Assembly (NCBI GenBank): GCA_976551045.1
Contig: CDPCPM010000010.1
Location: 13,020,001-13,084,000 of the forward strand
DNA length: 64,000 bases
Direction: 5' to 3'
Origin: Glaucostegus cemiculus
Taxonomy: Eukaryota
Below the pieces are notes generated by a model. That model was not told where the DNA came from and did no database searches. It saw nothing but the letters and a program-made list of their open reading frames with translations. Below are positions 62,430 through 64,000 of this stretch, one piece after another. Within the stretch, counting starts at the first letter, position 1. Each line of letters begins with the position of its first letter. A program made the translations under genes and the position numbers.

Positions 62430-62700
62430 CATAGAGTCATAGGGTAGTACAGCAGGGAAACAGGCCCTTTGGCCCAACTGGTTCATGCTGACCCATGGTG
62501 CTGACCAAGCTAGTCCCATTTGCCTGTATTTGGCTCATATCCCTATAAGCTCCTTCTATTCATGTACTTATCCAAATATCTTTTAAAAGTTGTTATTATA
62601 CCTGCCTCAACCACTTTCTCTGGTAGCTCATTCCGTATACACAACATGCTCTGCGTGAAGTTACCCCTCAGGACCTTTTTAAATCTGCCCCTGCTCCTGC
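62430..62700 (-). mobile_element. CR1 (HER1-like) 3' end nested in RTE
   Basis: catagagtcatagggtagtacagcagggaaacaggccctttggcccaactggttcatgctgacc, the reverse complement of the tail family at 33550-33670. Confidence 0.85.
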
Positions 62701-62891
62701 TGAACAACTTCACCTTCTTTTAAGTAAGGAGCATGGAATACATGGACCACTTTCTACATCTCATGCCTCTCAGCACATGGTCTGCACCGAGAATGTAATT
62801 CAACACATGTGATGAATTTCCATGTTAATATGAAATTCACCATTGCCTTCTGTGTGCAAACGCAGTTTTTGGCTGTTTGAGAAAAAGAGTA

Positions 62892-63394
62892 CGGGGTGTC
62901 CCCAGGTTACACAAGGACTCTGTTCCTGAGAACTGTCTGTAAACTGAATTTTCTGTAAGTTAGAAACAAAGAATTTCCCCCAAAATCACAATATGAAATC
63001 TTCAACCTTCACAGCCCTTGGGGACTGATTTGCAGAGAGTAGACTGGGGAAGATCAGCATAGGTGATAGGAGTTATCAGCAAGTGAACTGTGACAGATGT
63101 TTGTCTGAATGCAGCTCAGGTGGAGTGATGGGGGAGCTGATCTGCTCATCAATGAGAAAACTGTCGGGAGTTTAATAAAAGAAAATATGCATGAAGGAGA
63201 GGTGGCTTGGGGTTTGCAATGTTTAATTTTACCTGAAGGAGAGTTTGGACCAGGCATTGGCTTTTTCTAGGAGTGATCTCTGCATTTTGTCCTGGTGAAA
63301 AAGATTAGAGTATTATACCTGAGACCAGAGTCTGGGAGAATGTGTGTAAAATCAGATTTTTATAAGTCAGGACTTCCTTAACCCAAGGACCCCC
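62892..63394. mobile_element. Non-autonomous Tc1/mariner (pogo/Tigger-like) MITE nested in RTE
   Basis: TA at 62890-62891 and 63395-63396. Imperfect TIRs cggggtgtccccaggttac / ttaacccaaggaccccc. Excision restores RTE codons aaa aga gta ttc (KRVF). Confidence 0.7.
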
Positions 63395-64000
63395 TATTCT
63401 GAACATCAGCACTTCAAACTCAACATGATCTCTTGGTGTAGTGGGCAGCAACAACCCGGTGCTTCTGAGAATGGACATCCTATAGCAAACAACTCAGAGC
63501 ATTGGATGGACGGCACCAACATTGTTTCCACAAAAGCATCATATTTCATCAGCAGGGTGAGGAACCAAATTCACCATCCTCTCCCAAGCCAACATCCCCA
63601 GCACTGATGCCCTCACTATATTCAGTCTGTACCGTTGGGCAAGCCTTGTCATTGACACCTGGAGCTCCGTCACAGAAAGAGGTAACCAGGTGGATGGAAG
63701 AAAAAATTAAAAGATGTTCTCAAAGCCTCCTTGAAAATGTGCAGCATCTCATCACCTCATGGGAATCCCTGGCCCGTGACTTCTCAAAGCAGACAGGAAG
63801 CAATCAGCATGCCATTGAAAATTTTGAGTCCATTCATTGGGAGCACACAAAACCCTTGCAATAAATGGTGGAAGGAGTGCACCTCCTTCTAAAATACTCA
63901 CCCACATACCCGTCCCATCCCATCACACACCTTCTGCCCCTCCTGTGGCAGAGTTAACAGGTCACACATTGGCTACATTTGCTGCCTCAGGACTGGAGTG

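Larger units (their letters stand above)
62215..63985 (+). mobile_element. RTE (BovB-like) LINE, RT to C-terminal Cys motif, with two nested insertions
   Basis: NGKLVNLHGLHSKTKVTPT..NLWYTDDAC..HSE, then FGCLRKRV|F, ILSQANIPS, KDVLKASLK, SWESLARD, CPSCGRV..SHIG. Confidence 0.85.

Overview
AT-rich vertebrate genomic DNA. The repeat content (V-domain HE1-type SINEs, DeuSINEs, CR1, L2, Penelope, RTE) points to a cartilaginous fish, probably a ray or shark. The only confident protein-coding gene is the intronless CDS of PURA (7659-8459, +). It has a probable upstream non-coding exon ending at 3124, a proximal CCAAT/GC-box promoter and a long, repeat-free, AU-rich 3' region containing a 143-N gap. 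From about 14 kb onward the window is mostly decayed and nested transposons. Two further CpG-retaining domains lie at ~41-46.6 kb (no gene found) and ~55.4-59.8 kb (GC-rich first-exon-like core; by mammalian synteny possibly CYSTM1, but no coding exon is in the window). I found no convincing new multi-gene system. The best leads are Penelope pseudo-LTRs with hammerhead-ribozyme-like cores (one mobilised alone between 14-bp direct repeats, two sharing a non-canonical core base), the orphan CpG domain, and the PURA 5'/3' regulatory architecture. Repeat-family names come from motif recognition and hand translation, not a database search. Most repeat boundaries are approximate unless a TSD is given.
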